A DNA stretch of 47,119 nucleotides from Verrucomicrobiota bacterium (lineage in GTDB: Bacteria > Verrucomicrobiota > Lentisphaeria > Lentisphaerales > Lentisphaeraceae): assembly GCA_039798785.1 (NCBI GenBank), contig JBDKFG010000041.1:1-47119 (forward strand), read 5' to 3'. The translations under genes were made by a program, and so were the position numbers. The notes under the pieces were generated by a model. That model did no database searches, was not told the DNA's origin, and was given only the letters and a program-made list of their open reading frames with translations. Below, piece by piece: positions 19,759 through 28,009 of the stretch; position 1 is the stretch's first letter; each line of letters begins with the position of its first letter.

Positions 19759-19793
19759 AAAACACGAAGAAACCCAATCGGGAATTGCGCATC

Positions 19794-20030
19794 ATGAGCC
19801 AACAGAACACCCCCGTCCTTTCGATCCGCCAGCGCGGCACCAATCCCAACCACCACCTGTGGAACAACAACGGGACCTGGTTCGTCCACTACACCCTGCA
19901 TCCGACGCCGCTGACCAAGAAGCGCGTCCGTCAGTCTCTCAACACCCGCTCGCTCGATGAAGCCCGCGGCCTGCGCGACAATCTCTTCCAGGTGATGAAG
20001 CAGACCCTGCGCAGCGAATTCAAAGCTTAA
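19794..20030 (+). CDS. Small basic hypothetical protein (NHHLWNNNGTW motif; possible arm-type/AP2-like nucleic-acid-binding fold)
   Basis: 78 aa with host-like codon usage. Pattern HLW-NNNG-TWFVHY...KKRVRQSLNTRSLDEARGLRD suggests three strands plus a helix, like integrase arm-binding domains. Confidence 0.75.
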   Translation: MSQQNTPVLSIRQRGTNPNHHLWNNNGTWFVHYTLHPTPLTKKRVRQSLNTRSLDEARGLRDNLFQVMKQTLRSEFKA

Positions 20031-20133
20031 ACAGCAGAATGGAACCGGGTTGAAAGGTTGAAAGGCAAGCACATAACCTAGAGAACGCCCTCGCTGCGCG
20101 TCTCTGTGCTGTTGCCGCACTACCTTTCAACCT
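20030..20133. repeat. Dispersed octamer element copy
   Basis: AACAGCAGAATGGAACCGGGTTGAAAGGTTGAAAGGCAAGCACAT, with inverted CCTTTCAACC near the right end. Confidence 0.7.
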
Positions 20134-20136
20134 CCT

Positions 20137-20174
20137 AAAAAACCCGTTCCGGCGAGATGCCGGGACGGGTTTTT
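20137..20174. terminator. Bidirectional intrinsic terminator
   Basis: AAAAAACCCGTTCCGGC-GAGAT-GCCGGGACGGGTTTTT, located between convergent genes. Confidence 0.85.
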
Positions 20175-20190
20175 CGCGCTGCGGCCAGGG

Positions 20191-22173
20191 TCACAGCTGG
20201 TCCTTGCCGGTGAATCCGAGACTCTTGTTAAGCCATTCGTCGGATTTCAGCACTGCTTCGCGTTGCAGCTCGCCGAAGCGGGTGGAGATGGCTTGGGCGA
20301 GGAAGGGCAGGAGGGAGGCGCCGGGGATGCGGATGCGGCGTCCGAGGGGGCGGAGGCAGAACTGCAGGATCTTGGCGAGGCGGGGAGTCTGGGCGGTGAA
20401 GATCGGGTCGTCGAGGCAGATGATCGATTCGGCGCTGCCGGGGTCGCCCTGGCGGGAGGCGCGTCCTTGGAGCTGGCGGTCGACGCGGGCGGTGGTGAAG
20501 CGTTCGCTGCAGATGACGTGCAGGCCTCCGGCGGCCTTGGCGGCGGCGTCGAGCTTGATGTCGGTGCCGCGTCCGGCCATGTTGGTGGCGACGGTGATGG
20601 CGGCGCCTTGGCCGGCGCGGGCGACGATCGCCGCTTCCTCGGCGTAGTAGCGGGCGTTGAGGACGGTGTGCTCGAGACCGCGTTCGTTCAGGAGTTGGCT
20701 GATCGCCTCGCTTTCGAGGATGGATCCGGTGCCGATGAGAACGGGCCGGCCTTCAGCGTGGATGCGGGCGGCGGACTCGAGGATGGCCTGCAGCTTGTCG
20801 TCGCGGTGGAGGTAGAACTCCTGGCCGAAGTCGCGGCGCAGGCAGGGGCGATTGGTGGGGATGCGAACGAAGGTCAGCTGGTAGAATCGGTAGAATTCGC
20901 TTTTCGCCTCGGCGGCGGTGCCGGTCATGCCGGAGAGGCGGTGGTAGAGGCGGAAGAAGCGCTGGAAGGAGATGCGGGCGAAGGTCTCCTTCGGCGGGTT
21001 CACCTTGACGCCCTCCTTGGCCTCGACCGCCTGGTGCAGGCCGGCGCGCCAGAAGCGGTCGGGCATGAGGCGGCCGGTGGATTCGTCGACGATCACCACC
21101 TTGCCGTCGTCGATGATGAACTGCTTGTCGCGGATGAAGAAGTGGCGGGCGACGAGCGCCTGGACGATGAACTCCTCGCGGCGGACGGAGCTGTCCCAGA
21201 GGCCCTTCAGGCCGGCCTCGGCGCAGAGAGCGTCCATGCGGCGGCGGCCGGCCTCGGTCAGGTCGATGCGGCGGAGCTTCTCGTCGATGTCGTAATCCCG
21301 ACCCGCCTCGATGCCGCGGGCGATTTCGTAGGCCTGGGAGAAGGCGGCGAGCTCCTCCTTGGAGTTCGATTCGCCGGAGATGAGAAGAGGCGTTCCGCCG
21401 TCGTCGATCATCACCGAGTCGGCTTCGTCGACGATGGCGCAGGCGAGGCCGCGCTGCATCGGCAGGTGGGGCGAAGGGGCTCCGCTGAGGCTGGCGAGCA
21501 GGGCGGCGGTGGAGGAGTCGAGCCCCTTGGCGGCGAGGGTGTCGCGCAGGAAGTCGGCGGCGGCGTCCTTGTTGGTGCAGTAGGTGACGTCGCACTGGTA
21601 GGCGCGGCGGCGGTCTTCGTCCTTGCTGTCGTCGGCGAGGGCGGCGACGCTGACCTGGCAGAATTCGTAGAGGGGGCGCATGTCCTCGCAGTCGCGGGTG
21701 GCGAGGTAGTTGTTGGACGTCATGACGTGGCAGCCGCGGCCGCGCCAGCCGGCAAGGATGGCGGCGAGGCAGGCGGTGAGAGTCTTGCCTTCGCCGGTGG
21801 CGAGCTCGGAGATCAGGCCCGACTCGAGGGCGAGGCCGGCGGCGACCTGCACCGGGTAATGGCGCATCCCCAGGGTGCGGCCGCCGGCCTCCCGGATCAG
21901 GGCGAAGGCTTCGTCGACTTGGGCGGGAGTCTCCCGTCCCAGCCGGAAGACCTGGCGCATATCCGTGAGACGCTGCCGCAAGCTGGCGTCGTCGAGGGCC
22001 ATGAGCTCGGCCTCCCAGCGGGCGACGAGCTTCCGGGCCCTGCGCATCAGGCGGCCCTGGCGGGGCGCCAGGCCGAGGCAGTGCCCCTTCAGCCAGGAAT
22101 AAGCCGCGTCCAGCCCTTTCGGCAGGGCTTCGGTGCGGCGGATGCCGGCGTGGGGGAGGAGCGCGGCGGACAT
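20191..22173 (-). CDS. secA: Short SecA paralogue (SecA DEAD motor, lacking C-terminal wing/scaffold end)
   Basis: ELATGEGKT, NNYLATRD, IVDEADS, GRLMPDR.W..GLHQAVEAKE, SGMTGTA, ATNMAGRGTDIKL and QLQGRASRQGDPG. The protein is about 660 aa. Confidence 0.85.
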   Translation of the reverse strand: MSAALLPHAGIRRTEALPKGLDAAYSWLKGHCLGLAPRQGRLMRRARKLVARWEAELMALDDASLRQRLTDMRQVFRLGRETPAQVDEAFALIREAGGRTLGMRHYPVQVAAGLALESGLISELATGEGKTLTACLAAILAGWRGRGCHVMTSNNYLATRDCEDMRPLYEFCQVSVAALADDSKDEDRRRAYQCDVTYCTNKDAAADFLRDTLAAKGLDSSTAALLASLSGAPSPHLPMQRGLACAIVDEADSVMIDDGGTPLLISGESNSKEELAAFSQAYEIARGIEAGRDYDIDEKLRRIDLTEAGRRRMDALCAEAGLKGLWDSSVRREEFIVQALVARHFFIRDKQFIIDDGKVVIVDESTGRLMPDRFWRAGLHQAVEAKEGVKVNPPKETFARISFQRFFRLYHRLSGMTGTAAEAKSEFYRFYQLTFVRIPTNRPCLRRDFGQEFYLHRDDKLQAILESAARIHAEGRPVLIGTGSILESEAISQLLNERGLEHTVLNARYYAEEAAIVARAGQGAAITVATNMAGRGTDIKLDAAAKAAGGLHVICSERFTTARVDRQLQGRASRQGDPGSAESIICLDDPIFTAQTPRLAKILQFCLRPLGRRIRIPGASLLPFLAQAISTRFGELQREAVLKSDEWLNKSLGFTGKDQL

Positions 22174-22178
22174 GGCGA

Positions 22179-23324
22179 TCAGCCGATGAGGGAGCGGACG
22201 AGGGCCCGGCACTCGGCGTCGGCGGCGAGGATCTGGTCGAGATCGGGATGGCGGAGCGGCGGGGCGGCGTCCAAGCCGGCGCGGACACAGCGCCAGATCC
22301 CCGGGAAGTCGAGGCGTCCCTCAAGGAAGGCGGCGACCGCGACCTCGTTGGCGGCATTGAGCATCGCCGGCGCGACGCCGCCGGTCTCCAGAGCTTCCCA
22401 AGCGTAGTCGAGCGAGGGGAAGCGAGAGGTGTCGGGGGCCTCGAAGCTGAGATTGATCAGCTGGCGGAAATCCATCGGCGGCAGGCCTCCGGCGAGGCGC
22501 TCCGGCCAGGTCAGAGCGTACTGTACCGGGAAGGCCATGTCCGGGGCGGACATCTGGGCGAGCACCGTGGCATCAGTGAATTCGACCATCGAGTGGACGA
22601 TCGACTGGGGGTGGACGACGACCTCGACCTGGCGCGGCGGGATCCGGAAGAGATGGCTGGCCTCGATCACCTCCAGCGCCTTGTTCATCAAGGTGGCGGA
22701 GTCGATGGTGATCTTGCGGCCCATCACCCAGGTCGGGTGCTTCAGTGCTTGTTCGGGACGAATCGCCGGGAAGGCTTCGGCCGGCAGGCGCAGGAAGGGC
22801 CCGCCGGAGCAGGTGAGGAGGAGTCGGCGGATGTGCTCGGGCCGCTTTCCCTCCAGGCATTGGAAGAGCGCCGAGTGCTCGGAATCCACCGGGATGATGC
22901 GGCCGCCGTGAGCCGCCGCCGTGGCCATCACCAGTTCGCCGGCCATCACCAGGATCTCCTTCGAGGCCAGGGCGACGGTCTTGCCGGCGCGCAGGGCGGA
23001 GAGCACGGGACGCAGCCCGGCGGTGCCGACGATGGCGCAGAGGAGGACGTCGAGGCGGGGGTCTTCGGCCGCCGCGCAGAGGGCCTCGATGCCGGCGCCG
23101 GAGCGGATGCCGGGGGGCAGGTGCCGGCGCAGCTCGGGCAGGGCGGCCTCATCGCCGAGAAGGGCGGTTTCGGCGTCGAAGTCCCGGGCCAGGGCGGCGC
23201 AAGCCTCCGCCTGGCTGCCGGCGGCGAGCGCCAGGACGCGGAATTGTCCGGGATGGTTGCGCAGGACGCGGACGGCGCTTGAACCGACGGAGCCGGTGCA
23301 GCCGAAGATGGCGATGTTCTTCAC
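22179..23324 (-). CDS. dxr: 1-deoxy-D-xylulose-5-phosphate reductoisomerase
   Basis: GCTGSVG, LASKE, PVDSEHSA, HPTWVMGRKITIDSATLMNK and NAANEVAV. The GTG start is favoured by a TATAGT -10 box at 23353-23358 on the minus strand. Confidence 0.95.
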   Translation of the reverse strand: MKNIAIFGCTGSVGSSAVRVLRNHPGQFRVLALAAGSQAEACAALARDFDAETALLGDEAALPELRRHLPPGIRSGAGIEALCAAAEDPRLDVLLCAIVGTAGLRPVLSALRAGKTVALASKEILVMAGELVMATAAAHGGRIIPVDSEHSALFQCLEGKRPEHIRRLLLTCSGGPFLRLPAEAFPAIRPEQALKHPTWVMGRKITIDSATLMNKALEVIEASHLFRIPPRQVEVVVHPQSIVHSMVEFTDATVLAQMSAPDMAFPVQYALTWPERLAGGLPPMDFRQLINLSFEAPDTSRFPSLDYAWEALETGGVAPAMLNAANEVAVAAFLEGRLDFPGIWRCVRAGLDAAPPLRHPDLDQILAADAECRALVRSLIG

Positions 23325-23480
23325 GGGGAGGGACCTGGGTTGAGCTGCCGCCACTATAGCCATGAATGCGCAGCCGGAAGCGCGGGAAGCGCAGAAATCG
23401 GAGGTCAGGCGCCGCCGCCGCTTGGCAGCGGAGAGCCGCAATCACGATTGACTGATGGGGATGGGCGCTTAGCTTGCGGG

Positions 23481-25919
23481 ATGGAAAAAACCACCACAAC
23501 TTCCGAGGCTGCGGGCTCAGGCCGTCTGTACGGGCTCTATGTTCCCGTCTGGGCGGAGCGTCTGCTCGGCATCTGGATGGCGGCGCTGGCCTTCCTGCTG
23601 CCCTTCAAATTCGGCTCCAGCACCAGTCAGAACGCGCCGGTCTCTGTGCCTTTGGATTTTTTCTCCACCCTGTTCTTCAGCTGGCCGCCGATGTTTCTCT
23701 GCGCGGCGGCGGCGGCGGCCCTGGCGATGAGCGTCATGCTGTGGTCGAAGCGGCATCTGCCCAATCCGGCGAGCTTCGCCTTGCTCGGCTGGGGCTTGAT
23801 GGCCCTGGCGGCTTTCGTCCTGGGCCGGAACTCGGAGCAGGGACAGCTCCTCTGCTACACCTGGCTGGCCGCGCTTTTCTTCGGGGCCGCGGCCCTGATC
23901 GCCCGCCGTCATCATTCCCGGGTGGCCGATTACGCTCTCGCGGGACTGGTCCTCGGCACCTTGGTGACGGCGCTTTCCGGACTGAACCAGTACTTCTTCG
24001 GCTTTGCCGAGCTGCAGGAGCAGATGCGGCAGATGAGCAACGGAGCGGTGCTGGATCCCCGGATTATCGAGAAGGCCAAGGAGGACCTGGTGAAGTGCAA
24101 CTTCGCCTATTCCAACAGCCTCGGAGGACATCTCCTCCTCTGCGGTCCGGTCGCCGCCGCCTGGCTCTATGAGAAAGGGCGCGAACGTCAATGGGGGCGC
24201 GTCGGTTTCGCCATTGTTGGATTGCTAGTGCTTGCAGCGCTGATTTACTTGTGCAGGTCCCTGTCGGATCGTGTGTTCCTTAGATGGCTTTTGATTTTTG
24301 TCGTCTTGATCGCAATCCATGGGCCATTGGTTTTCTTCTATGCCTCTGAGCGGAAGCGCCACTGGGGAGGCTACGCATTTTATTTGTCTGCCCTGCTTCT
24401 TCTCTCCGTCTTCCTTCTCACCAGGAGCCGGGCCGCGCTGGCGTCCCTGCTTCTGGCCGGACTCCTGGTGCTGATCTGGCGCTTCTGCCGGGGGCTGAAG
24501 CTGGCCGTGGCTTTGGCGGCGCTGCTCGGGCTGGCCCTGGTCGTCGCCTATGTCGGGGTGAAGGAGCCGTCTTTCCAGGTCCGTATGGATTATTGGCGGG
24601 TCTGTCTCGAGATGTGGCAGAGCTCTCCGCTCACCGGTTGCGGCACCGGGTCCTTCCAGGCGTCCTATCTTGCTGCCAAGGATCCGGGGCTGCCCGATGC
24701 TGTGTTGAGCCATTCCCTGTTGATGGGCCAGCTGGCGGAGAACGGCCTTGCCGGCCTCCTTCCCTGGTTCCTGATCACCGGCTGCCTGCTGGCGATCGCC
24801 CTCAACGCTGCACGTCATTCGCTCTTCGGCTGCGCCTTCGCCTGGGGCCTGCTCGGCTGGTGGCTGCACGCCCAGCTGGATTTCGACGCCCACATCCCCG
24901 CCTCGGCCGCCGCTTTCGCCCTGCTGCTTGCCGTCGCACCGCAGCTCCGCCACGACAAGGCGATGCCGGGAGCCGCCTCGAACCTGGTCAATCTCGTCCT
25001 CCTTCTCGGCGGCGCTGTCAGCCTGCTCCTCAGTCTCCACAGCTGCGAAGGCTACCGCCGCACCAGCCAGTTCGAACGCGAGATGTTCGGCGAAGCCTGG
25101 ATCGACCAGGTCTATTCCCGCGACTTCGTCCAGATGGAGAAGACCTTCCGGGAACGCCTGGCCGCGGCGAGTTGCCCCTTCTGCGCCAGCGACAAGCTGG
25201 ACCCCAGGCTCTGGGCCTCCCGTGGACGCTGCAGCGATTGCGGCGCTCGTGCGCATGCGGGTCTGCTGACGGCGTCGGAGGTCGTCCAGGAGTCGGAGGA
25301 GGCCGGGAGGCTGCTGCCCCTGGCCCATCAGATTGAGGGAGTCACCCTGCACAAGCTGATCTACAACTGGAAGATCGGCCAGATCCAAGGACAGCTCGCA
25401 GCGCCAGGGGCGCCAGGACGGGCCGAGACCGAGGACTGCCTCGCCGCCGCCGAAAGCTACCTGCGCTCCCGTGTCGACGCCGGCCACAAGGACACTCTCC
25501 TCGACCTGGCTTCCATCCTCGCCCTGCGGGGTGCGCCTCCCGGCGAGATCGCCGCCGTGCGCCGCCGCGCCTTCATGCTTCAGCCCTGGAGCCCCGAGGG
25601 GGCCCAACAGAATGCCGAATGGGTTCAGATGATGGCGACTGTCGTCCCTCACGATCCACGCATGCGCAGCCTCTTCATCGTCAGCCGTGCCAGCCATTTG
25701 CTGCAGAGCCTGCGAAGCGAGCTGATCAACCGCCGATGGGACGAGGCGCGGATCTTCTCCTGGACGCGGCTCCGCGGCAATCCGGAGATCGATCTCGACA
25801 GGGTCGCCGCCGAACTCGTCCGTCTGCAGACGCCCCTGAAAGAAGAAAAGACCGCCGATGCCGAGCTGATCCTGAAGTGGATGGCCCGGACAAAATCCGA
25901 ATTTGGAGTCTCTCTGTGA
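23481..25919 (+). CDS. O-antigen ligase (Wzy_C)-like membrane protein with long C-terminal extension
   Basis: Many TMs. Motifs F.YSNSLGG, LTRSRAA, RMDYW, PLTGCGTGSF, HS.....LAENGLAG and H...DF. C-terminal CPFC...CSDC motif followed by a helical region. Confidence 0.75.
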   Translation: MEKTTTTSEAAGSGRLYGLYVPVWAERLLGIWMAALAFLLPFKFGSSTSQNAPVSVPLDFFSTLFFSWPPMFLCAAAAAALAMSVMLWSKRHLPNPASFALLGWGLMALAAFVLGRNSEQGQLLCYTWLAALFFGAAALIARRHHSRVADYALAGLVLGTLVTALSGLNQYFFGFAELQEQMRQMSNGAVLDPRIIEKAKEDLVKCNFAYSNSLGGHLLLCGPVAAAWLYEKGRERQWGRVGFAIVGLLVLAALIYLCRSLSDRVFLRWLLIFVVLIAIHGPLVFFYASERKRHWGGYAFYLSALLLLSVFLLTRSRAALASLLLAGLLVLIWRFCRGLKLAVALAALLGLALVVAYVGVKEPSFQVRMDYWRVCLEMWQSSPLTGCGTGSFQASYLAAKDPGLPDAVLSHSLLMGQLAENGLAGLLPWFLITGCLLAIALNAARHSLFGCAFAWGLLGWWLHAQLDFDAHIPASAAAFALLLAVAPQLRHDKAMPGAASNLVNLVLLLGGAVSLLLSLHSCEGYRRTSQFEREMFGEAWIDQVYSRDFVQMEKTFRERLAAASCPFCASDKLDPRLWASRGRCSDCGARAHAGLLTASEVVQESEEAGRLLPLAHQIEGVTLHKLIYNWKIGQIQGQLAAPGAPGRAETEDCLAAAESYLRSRVDAGHKDTLLDLASILALRGAPPGEIAAVRRRAFMLQPWSPEGAQQNAEWVQMMATVVPHDPRMRSLFIVSRASHLLQSLRSELINRRWDEARIFSWTRLRGNPEIDLDRVAAELVRLQTPLKEEKTADAELILKWMARTKSEFGVSL

Positions 25920-26404
25920 GCAAGTCCCAACCTTCCGCCGCGCCCTTGCTGGTGACAGGCCGAACCGCTCCGTTCCTTGCCGGCATCGTCATGGCGGTGA
26001 TGGGGCTTTTCCTCGTCTCACTCTGGGTCAACCGGGGCTGCGCCTTCGGCGGGCAGGACCTGCCGATCATCGGATTCTTCGTCGTCTTGCTTTTCGGTTG
26101 CGCCTACATCTTTCTGGCCCGCCATCGCAGCGCCTTCGCCGCCGGACGTCCCGAGGTGCAGCTTAACGGCACGACCAGGAGTTTTGACGACATCACCCTT
26201 CTCCGTCGAGACGTCATCCTCCCCTTCTTTGCGCTGGTCCTGGTCAAAGGAGAAGACCGAAGCATTTTCATCGAGGATCTGAGTCGCGACGAGGCGGAAA
26301 AGCTCCGCCTCGAGATCCTGGCCCATTGCGGCCTGGAGGAGGCGCCGCCCGAGGCGCCGCCCGCTCCCGAGGCGGAAGAGGACGCCGAAGGGAGTGCGGA
26401 TTGA
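25916..26404 (+). CDS. Hypothetical membrane protein
   Basis: GTG overlaps the upstream TGA (GTGA coupling). Two TM segments, a short soluble domain and an acidic tail. Confidence 0.55.
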   Translation: MSKSQPSAAPLLVTGRTAPFLAGIVMAVMGLFLVSLWVNRGCAFGGQDLPIIGFFVVLLFGCAYIFLARHRSAFAAGRPEVQLNGTTRSFDDITLLRRDVILPFFALVLVKGEDRSIFIEDLSRDEAEKLRLEILAHCGLEEAPPEAPPAPEAEEDAEGSAD

Positions 26405-26419
26405 GCTCCGCCTTCGCTC

Positions 26420-27313
26420 TCAGCGCTGCATCATCATCTTCAGCATCTGCAGGGAGCTGCTGAGCGTCGACTTCAGAGCTTCGGCCTGGCTTTCATCGAG
26501 ATCCGGGCTGACGAGGATCTGGCCATGGATCTCTTCAATCTGGTTGAAAAGCGTCTTCGCCTCTTCGGCGGGAAGCTCGGGGATGTCCCCTTTGACGATC
26601 CTTTCCAGCTGCTCTCCGATCGGTGAATTCTTGCCGCTGTCGCGCATCAGTTCGGCGAGGCGGTCGAGCTGCCCCTCGTCGAGCGTGGTCTTCTGCTGGG
26701 CGGAGAGGACGGCGTTGGCTTGGTCGAGGATCTGGTAGGAGATTTGTTTGCTGCGGAAGTCCTGCAGCGTGGCGTAGCGTTCCGGTCCGAGGAGGCTTTC
26801 GTTGTCGCGGTCTGCCTCGGCCAGCTCGGCCTCCTGCTCTTCGATCAGTTCGCGTCGGCGCTGGGGATCCTTTTCCTGCCAGATCCGCATGCCGTATTTC
26901 ATCCGGATCATCTGGCGCGTCTGGGCGTTGCGGAGGAAACGCTCCTTTTCCTCATCGGTAAGGCTCATGTGGCGGTAGAGCGGGGCGAGGCTGCGGTCGA
27001 TCTGTCCACGGAACTGGGCTCCAAGCTCCTCTTCGCGCGAGCGGCTCCGGGTCTCGCTCTGCGACGGCTTCTTCCCCGCCGGAGCCGATGGAACGGAGGG
27101 AGCGGCAAGCTGCTTTTTCAGCTCGGCATGGAGCCCTTCCAGCTGCCGCGCGGCCTTTTTCGACTGGGCCAGCTCGTCCCGGGCGAGGCGCAGTTCCTGG
27201 CGCACCCCGAGCAGTTCCAGTTCGCGGCTCTCGACGCGATGCGTCTCGCGCCAGTAAAGCCCGGCTAGGACCAGGGTGCTGAGAATGAAGGGGACGGCAA
27301 GACGCATGGACAT
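26420..27313 (-). CDS. Hypothetical membrane-anchored coiled-coil protein
   Basis: AAGGAG RBS, N-terminal TM, coiled coil and a helical domain (LAPLYRHMSLTDEEKERF...LLGPERYATLQDF). Confidence 0.7.
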   Translation of the reverse strand: MSMRLAVPFILSTLVLAGLYWRETHRVESRELELLGVRQELRLARDELAQSKKAARQLEGLHAELKKQLAAPSVPSAPAGKKPSQSETRSRSREEELGAQFRGQIDRSLAPLYRHMSLTDEEKERFLRNAQTRQMIRMKYGMRIWQEKDPQRRRELIEEQEAELAEADRDNESLLGPERYATLQDFRSKQISYQILDQANAVLSAQQKTTLDEGQLDRLAELMRDSGKNSPIGEQLERIVKGDIPELPAEEAKTLFNQIEEIHGQILVSPDLDESQAEALKSTLSSSLQMLKMMMQR

Positions 27314-27352
27314 GGACGAGGCTCCTTTCGGGATTCGGAGGGACTTGCCTCG

Positions 27353-27381
27353 AATACGCTCGTCGCGGCCGCTCGGTTACA
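27353..27381 (-). promoter_or_regulatory. ECF-sigma-type promoter
   Basis: Minus strand TGTAAC-N17-CGTATT, matching the AAC/CGT ECF consensus, about 40 nt upstream of the 27313 start. Confidence 0.5.
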
Positions 27382-27392
27382 GGCTTCCAGTC

Positions 27393-27417
27393 AAAAAACT
27401 CCTGCCATCGGCGGGAG
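27393..27417 (-). terminator. Probable terminator after purE
   Basis: Minus strand CTCCCGCC-GAT-GGCAGGAG followed by TTTTTT (one mismatch in the stem). Confidence 0.5.
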
Positions 27418-27441
27418 CTTTCTGAGGAGGGGTCGGCGGCT

Positions 27442-27951
27442 TCAGCGCTTCTTGTCGCCTTCTTCCACTTCCTCGGCCTTCTCCAGAACCAGTTTCTCCA
27501 TCTCCTGTTGGTGCAGGTGATATTGACGGCGCAGCTCAGGGTATTTGCAGCCGAGGATCTGCACCGCGAGAAGGCCGGCGTTCTTGCTCTGGCCGATGGC
27601 GACGGTGGCGACCGGAACGCCGCCGGGCATCTGGACGATCGAATAGAGGGAATCGATGCCGTTGAGGGTCGAAGTCTTGACCGGGACGCCGATCACCGGC
27701 AGGACGGTCATCGAGGCGGCCATGCCGGGTAGATGGGCGGCGCCGCCGGCGCCGGCGATGATCACTTGCAGGCCGCGTTCTTCGGCGCTGCTGGCGTATT
27801 CGACCAGGCGCTTCGGGGTGCGGTGCGCCGAGACCACGGTGATCTCGTAGGGAATGCCGAACTTGCGCAAGACTTGGCGTGCATCGTCCATGGTGGGCAG
27901 ATCGCTGTCGCTGCCCATGATGATGCCGACGAGAGGGAGGGAGGGATTCAT
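27442..27951 (-). CDS. purE: N5-carboxyaminoimidazole ribonucleotide mutase
   Basis: [27 protein letters not shown] and [14 protein letters not shown]. Confidence 0.97.
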   Translation of the reverse strand: MNPSLPLVGIIMGSDSDLPTMDDARQVLRKFGIPYEITVVSAHRTPKRLVEYASSAEERGLQVIIAGAGGAAHLPGMAASMTVLPVIGVPVKTSTLNGIDSLYSIVQMPGGVPVATVAIGQSKNAGLLAVQILGCKYPELRRQYHLHQQEMEKLVLEKAEEVEEGDKKR

Positions 27952-28009
27952 GGGGGGCATCCGAGTTTAAGGTTTCAAGTTTAAAGCTGGAAGTTCAATC
28001 AATCCCCCT

